From Hydrurus foetidus (Eukaryota), in NCBI GenBank assembly GCA_900617105.1, contig UYFQ01000001.1, positions 2,852,001-2,916,000 on the forward strand: 64,000 nucleotides of DNA. The letters run 5' to 3'. The first letter of the stretch is position 1. The number at the start of each line of letters is the position of its first letter. Position numbers and translations under genes: made by a program. A model generated the notes under the pieces. That model did not search any database. It saw only the letters and a program-made list of their open reading frames with translations, and was not told the origin of the DNA. This document shows positions 60,183 to 64,000 of this stretch, in pieces.

Positions 60183-61463
60183 ATGAAGCGCGGCTTTTAC
60201 ACCATCATGGCAGCGCAGTTTTTCAGCTCGCTGGCCGACAACGCGTTATTTGTAGCCGCTGTCGAGTTGCTTAAAACCAGCGGCGCACCCAAGTGGCAAC
60301 CCGCCGCACTGGTTCCCATGTTTGCTTTGTTTTACGTGGTGCTCGCGCCCTTTGTGGGCGCGTTTGCTGACTCGCAGCCCAAAGGCAAAGTCATGTTTGT
60401 CAGCAATGCCATCAAAGTCGTTGGCTGCCTGATGATGCTGTTTGGCACGCACCCGTTGATGGCATACGCCATTGTGGGTTTGGGCGCAGCGGCTTATTCG
60501 CCGGCCAAGTACGGCATCTTGACCGAGCTGCTGCCGTCATCGCAACTCGTGAAAGCCAACGGCTGGATTGAAGGGCTGACCATTGCGTCGATTATTTTGG
60601 GCGTGTTGCTGGGCGGGCAATTGGTGGGCAAAGTGATTTCCACAAAACTGCTCGCCTTTGATTTTCCGTTCATCACCACCAGCGTTGACACCGCGCCAGA
60701 AGCAGCCATCAGCGTGTTGATATTTTTATACCTGATTGCCGCCTGGTTCAACACCCGTATTCCCAACACCGGCGTTGAAATGCGCGCCATGCCGCGCAAC
60801 AAGTTAGAGCTGCTGCCTGACTTCTGGAACTGCAACGCTGCCTTGTGGCGCGACAAGTTGGGCCAAATTTCACTGGCCACCACCACGCTGTTTTGGGGTG
60901 TTTCGGGCAACTTGCGTTACATCGTGCTGGCCTGGGCAGCGGCTGCGTTGGGCTACAGCACCACGCAAGCCTCGTCGCTGGTGGGTGTGGTGGCAATTGG
61001 TACGGCGGTGGGCGCAGTCATTGCATCAATGCGCATGCGCCTTGACCAGGCCACCCGCGTTATACCGATGGGTATTGCCATGGGGCTGCTGGTGATTCTG
61101 ATGAACTTCATCGACAACGTGTGGGTGGCGGCACCGTTTTTAATTCTGCTGGGCGGCCTGGGCGGCTTTTTAGTGGTGCCCATGAACGCGCTGCTGCAGC
61201 ACCGGGGGCACAACCTGATGGGCGCGGGCCGCTCGATTGCCGTGCAAAACTTCAACGAGCAAGCGTGTATTTTGGCGCTGGGCGCGGGCTACAGCCTGTC
61301 TACCGCCATGGGCTTGTCAGCCTTTGCCGCTATCACTATCTTTGGCGTGGTGGTGGCGGGCAATATGTGGCTGATTGGCCGCTGGCACAAAAGCAATTGC
61401 ATCAAACACAAAGAGCAGGTTGAACACTTGCTGAGCATCGCGCGCAGCGACACGTCGCATTAG
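60183..61463 (+). CDS. lplT: Lysophospholipid transporter LplT
   Basis: AQFFSSLADNAL, YSPAKYGILTE, VVPMNALLQ, SIAVQN. Confidence 0.93.
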   Translation: MKRGFYTIMAAQFFSSLADNALFVAAVELLKTSGAPKWQPAALVPMFALFYVVLAPFVGAFADSQPKGKVMFVSNAIKVVGCLMMLFGTHPLMAYAIVGLGAAAYSPAKYGILTELLPSSQLVKANGWIEGLTIASIILGVLLGGQLVGKVISTKLLAFDFPFITTSVDTAPEAAISVLIFLYLIAAWFNTRIPNTGVEMRAMPRNKLELLPDFWNCNAALWRDKLGQISLATTTLFWGVSGNLRYIVLAWAAAALGYSTTQASSLVGVVAIGTAVGAVIASMRMRLDQATRVIPMGIAMGLLVILMNFIDNVWVAAPFLILLGGLGGFLVVPMNALLQHRGHNLMGAGRSIAVQNFNEQACILALGAGYSLSTAMGLSAFAAITIFGVVVAGNMWLIGRWHKSNCIKHKEQVEHLLSIARSDTSH

Positions 61464-61584
61464 CTCAGCGCGTCAGTCGGCGCACTAATGCGGGCACAAG
61501 CACTTAGCCTTGTTTCATCGCCCTGCAATGTCTTACTGAGACAATCATTGATGTAACCCGTAACGGCTCACACCCCACCGCAGC

Positions 61585-62487
61585 ATGAATCCTTCCACAA
61601 CCAACCACAACAACCTGGCCGTCATTGCGCTGCTGACTAACGCGTTGGTGTGGGGTGTGTCGTGGTGGCCTTTTCGGCAGTTGCAAAGCCACGGCTTGCA
61701 CCCGCTGTGGTCGACTGCGCTGCTGTATGTGCTTATTTTCGTATTGATGGTGGTGCTGCGCCCCAGCAGCTGGCGCGGCATAGCAGCCAACCCGCAGCTG
61801 TGGTGGCTGGTGCTGGCAGCGGGGCTGACCAATGTGGGTTTTAACTGGGCCGTGACGGTGGGCGACGTGGTGCGGGTGGTGCTGCTGTTTTATTTGATGC
61901 CGGCGTGGTCGGTATTGGTGGCTTGGTTGCTGCTGGGCGAAAAGCCAACCCGTGCTTCGCTACTGCGCTTGGGCCTGGCCATGGTCGGCGTGCTAATTGT
62001 TTTAAAAACCCCCGAAGCCGCGTGGCCCGTGCCGCAAAGCTTGCCCGACTGGCTGGCGCTGATGGGCGGCCTGAGTTTTGCCATTACCAATGTGCTGCTG
62101 CGCAAATCTGCCGACACACCCGCAGACGCCCGCATGCTGGCCATGTTTGGCGGTGGTGCAGCTTTAGCTAGCGCTGCGGCGCTGATTGGCATGAGCCAGC
62201 AGATCGTTCCCGCTCCTGCGCTGGCTACAGCGGGACTGCCCGTGCTGATTGGGTTGAGCATTGCCTTTTTAGTCAGTAATTTCGCGCTGCAGTACGGTGC
62301 GGCACGCTTGGCGGCCAGCACCACGGCGCTCATCATGCTGACAGAAATTTTGTTTGCCAGCGGCTCGTCGGCACTACTGGACGCAGCTGAATTCCCGCCG
62401 CGACTGTTGATAGGCGGCAGCTTGATTGTGTTGGCAGCGCTGCTGGCGGCACTCGCACCAGAGCGCGACAAAGCGCAAACCACCTGA
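61585..62487 (+). CDS. DMT/EamA family transporter
   Basis: About 10 TM segments; WGVSWWP, LLFYLMPAW, LLGEK. Confidence 0.9.
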   Translation: MNPSTTNHNNLAVIALLTNALVWGVSWWPFRQLQSHGLHPLWSTALLYVLIFVLMVVLRPSSWRGIAANPQLWWLVLAAGLTNVGFNWAVTVGDVVRVVLLFYLMPAWSVLVAWLLLGEKPTRASLLRLGLAMVGVLIVLKTPEAAWPVPQSLPDWLALMGGLSFAITNVLLRKSADTPADARMLAMFGGGAALASAAALIGMSQQIVPAPALATAGLPVLIGLSIAFLVSNFALQYGAARLAASTTALIMLTEILFASGSSALLDAAEFPPRLLIGGSLIVLAALLAALAPERDKAQTT

Positions 62488-62530
62488 ATGCAGCAAAATC
62501 TGAAGTTCCATCACTGAGAAAGTTAATGTC

Positions 62531-63022
62531 ATGTCAGACAAAACCATTTACGACTTTGACGCCAAGTCCATCAGCGGCAAAGATGTGCCTTTAAGCGACT
62601 TCAAAGGCAAGGTGCTTTTAATCGTCAACACGGCCAGCAAATGCGGTTTTACCCCGCAGTTTGGCGGGCTGGAAGAGCTGCACAAAACGTATGCTGGCAA
62701 AGGTTTGGCAGTGCTGGGGTTTCCGTGCAACCAGTTTGGCTCGCAAGACCCGGGCGCTGACGGTGAGATTGCTGAGTTTTGTCAGGTCAACTACGGCGTG
62801 AGCTTTCCCATGATGGGCAAAATCGATGTCAACGGCCCCGCCGCGCACCCGCTGTACAAGTGGATGAGCGCTGAAGCACCCGGCCTTTTAGGCAGCAAAG
62901 CCATCAAGTGGAACTTCACTAAATTTTTGGTGGGCAAAGACGGCCAGGTCATCAAACGCTACGCGCCGACTGACAAGCCTGCAGACCTGGCTAAAGATGT
63001 TGAGAAGGCTTTGGCGGCCTAA
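62531..63022 (+). CDS. Glutathione peroxidase
   Basis: VNTASKCGFT, GFPCNQFG, WNFTKFL. Confidence 0.96.
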   Translation: MSDKTIYDFDAKSISGKDVPLSDFKGKVLLIVNTASKCGFTPQFGGLEELHKTYAGKGLAVLGFPCNQFGSQDPGADGEIAEFCQVNYGVSFPMMGKIDVNGPAAHPLYKWMSAEAPGLLGSKAIKWNFTKFLVGKDGQVIKRYAPTDKPADLAKDVEKALAA

Positions 63023-63029
63023 AAACACG

Positions 63030-63087
63030 ATCTAATTGGGCTGTAGCCCAATTAACACGGGCGCAAGCAGCTATGAAAATAGTTGCT
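63030..63087 (-). repeat. Repeat A, copy 17
   Basis: CTGTAGCCCAATTAACACGGGCGCAAGCAGCTATGAAAATAGTTGC. Confidence 0.85.
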
Positions 63088-63121
63088 TTCGGCCCGACTG
63101 TTTTGTATTCACGATAACCCG

Positions 63122-63796
63122 ATGATTGAACTCCACTACTACCCCAGCACTGCGTCAATGGCGCCGCACATTTTGCTGCACGAACTTGGCATGCCACACA
63201 GGCTGGTGCTGGTAGACCGCACGCAAAATGCGCAAAAGATGACGGGCTACTTAAAGCTCAACCCCAATGGGCTGATTCCGGTGCTGATAGACAAGCGCAG
63301 CGATGGCAATGTGGTGTTGTACGAATCCGCCGCCATTTGCCTACACCTGTGCGACACGCACCTGGATGCCGGATTGGCCCCGGCACTTGGCACGCCAGAG
63401 CGCGCACATTTTTACAAGTGGCTGATGTGGCTGACGAACACCTTGCAGGCTACTTTGATCACTTACTTTTACCCTGAGCGGTGGGTCAATTCGGGCAATG
63501 TGTCGGGCGTGTCACAAGTCAAGGCGCACTCTGAAGTCAAAGTGGGCTTGCTGCTTGACCAGCTTGATGATGAGCTGGCCAAGCACAGCAAATCGCATGC
63601 GGCGCCGTGGTTGCTGGGCGCAAACTATTCTGCTGTTGATGCGTACACGCTGATGTTGTGCCGCTGGACGCGCAACTTTGACTCGCCGCCTGCACGGGCG
63701 CGGCAACACTTGGGGCCGTACTTGCAACGCATGCTGGCAAGGCCTGCGGTGATGAAAGCGTTTGCGGCTGAGGAGTTGGAGCAGCCTTGGGTTTGA
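63122..63796 (+). CDS. Glutathione S-transferase
   Basis: LNPNGLIPVL, LYESAAI, YSAVDAY. Confidence 0.93.
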   Translation: MIELHYYPSTASMAPHILLHELGMPHRLVLVDRTQNAQKMTGYLKLNPNGLIPVLIDKRSDGNVVLYESAAICLHLCDTHLDAGLAPALGTPERAHFYKWLMWLTNTLQATLITYFYPERWVNSGNVSGVSQVKAHSEVKVGLLLDQLDDELAKHSKSHAAPWLLGANYSAVDAYTLMLCRWTRNFDSPPARARQHLGPYLQRMLARPAVMKAFAAEELEQPWV

Positions 63797-63824
63797 TGCC
63801 ACACCTGCATGCACATTTCAAAAC

Positions 63825-64000
63825 ATGAAAAAACAAAAGCGCTTACAAATCAAGCCCATCCGTACGGCTGAGGATTACCAGGCTGCTCTGGCGTTGGTTG
63901 CGCCTTATTTTGACAACGAACCAGAAATCGACAGCGATGCTGGCGCGCACTTTGAAGCGATGGTGACCTTGATTGAAGCTTATGAAGCCAAGCATTACCC
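63825..64000 (+). CDS. HigA-like antitoxin/HTH protein, runs off the window
   Basis: Hand translation MKKQKRLQIKPIRTAEDYQAAL...EP..DS..G..FEAMVTLIEAYEAKHY. Confidence 0.8.
   Translation, partial: MKKQKRLQIKPIRTAEDYQAALALVAPYFDNEPEIDSDAGAHFEAMVTLIEAYEAKHY

Overview
Chromosomal window of a betaproteobacterium (Comamonadaceae, Polaromonas-like; this is inferred from gene order and protein style). The core blocks are a hydroxycinnamate/acyl-CoA catabolic cluster, mreBCD-mrdA, gatCAB, pyrE/xth, ampG plus a two-component system, waaF, ilvE, radA, a non-canonical cbb3-like oxidase cluster, alr and lplT. There are three accessory or defence patches. (1) A XamI-like RM system whose endonuclease carries a nonsense codon, next to a remnant of an MmeI-like type IIL gene. 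(2) A two-gene cassette (Schlafen/AlbA_2-HATPase plus ParA-like ATPase) placed between gatA and gatB. (3) A type I RM locus (hsdR-hsdS...hsdM) whose cargo includes a 793-aa Zn-finger/PD-(D/E)XK-like unknown, AbiEi with a gutted AbiEii, a large-antitoxin/PIN pair and possible Fic-module remnants. The most striking unexplained structure is a dispersed ~65-bp repeat, of which I found 17 copies by eye. Most copies are intergenic, but three are translated in frame inside gatA, waaF and the MmeI-like remnant. In waaF the copy appears to overwrite a conserved segment without changing protein length. No rRNA, tRNA, CRISPR array or transposase was seen. All family assignments come from motif recognition; no searches were run.
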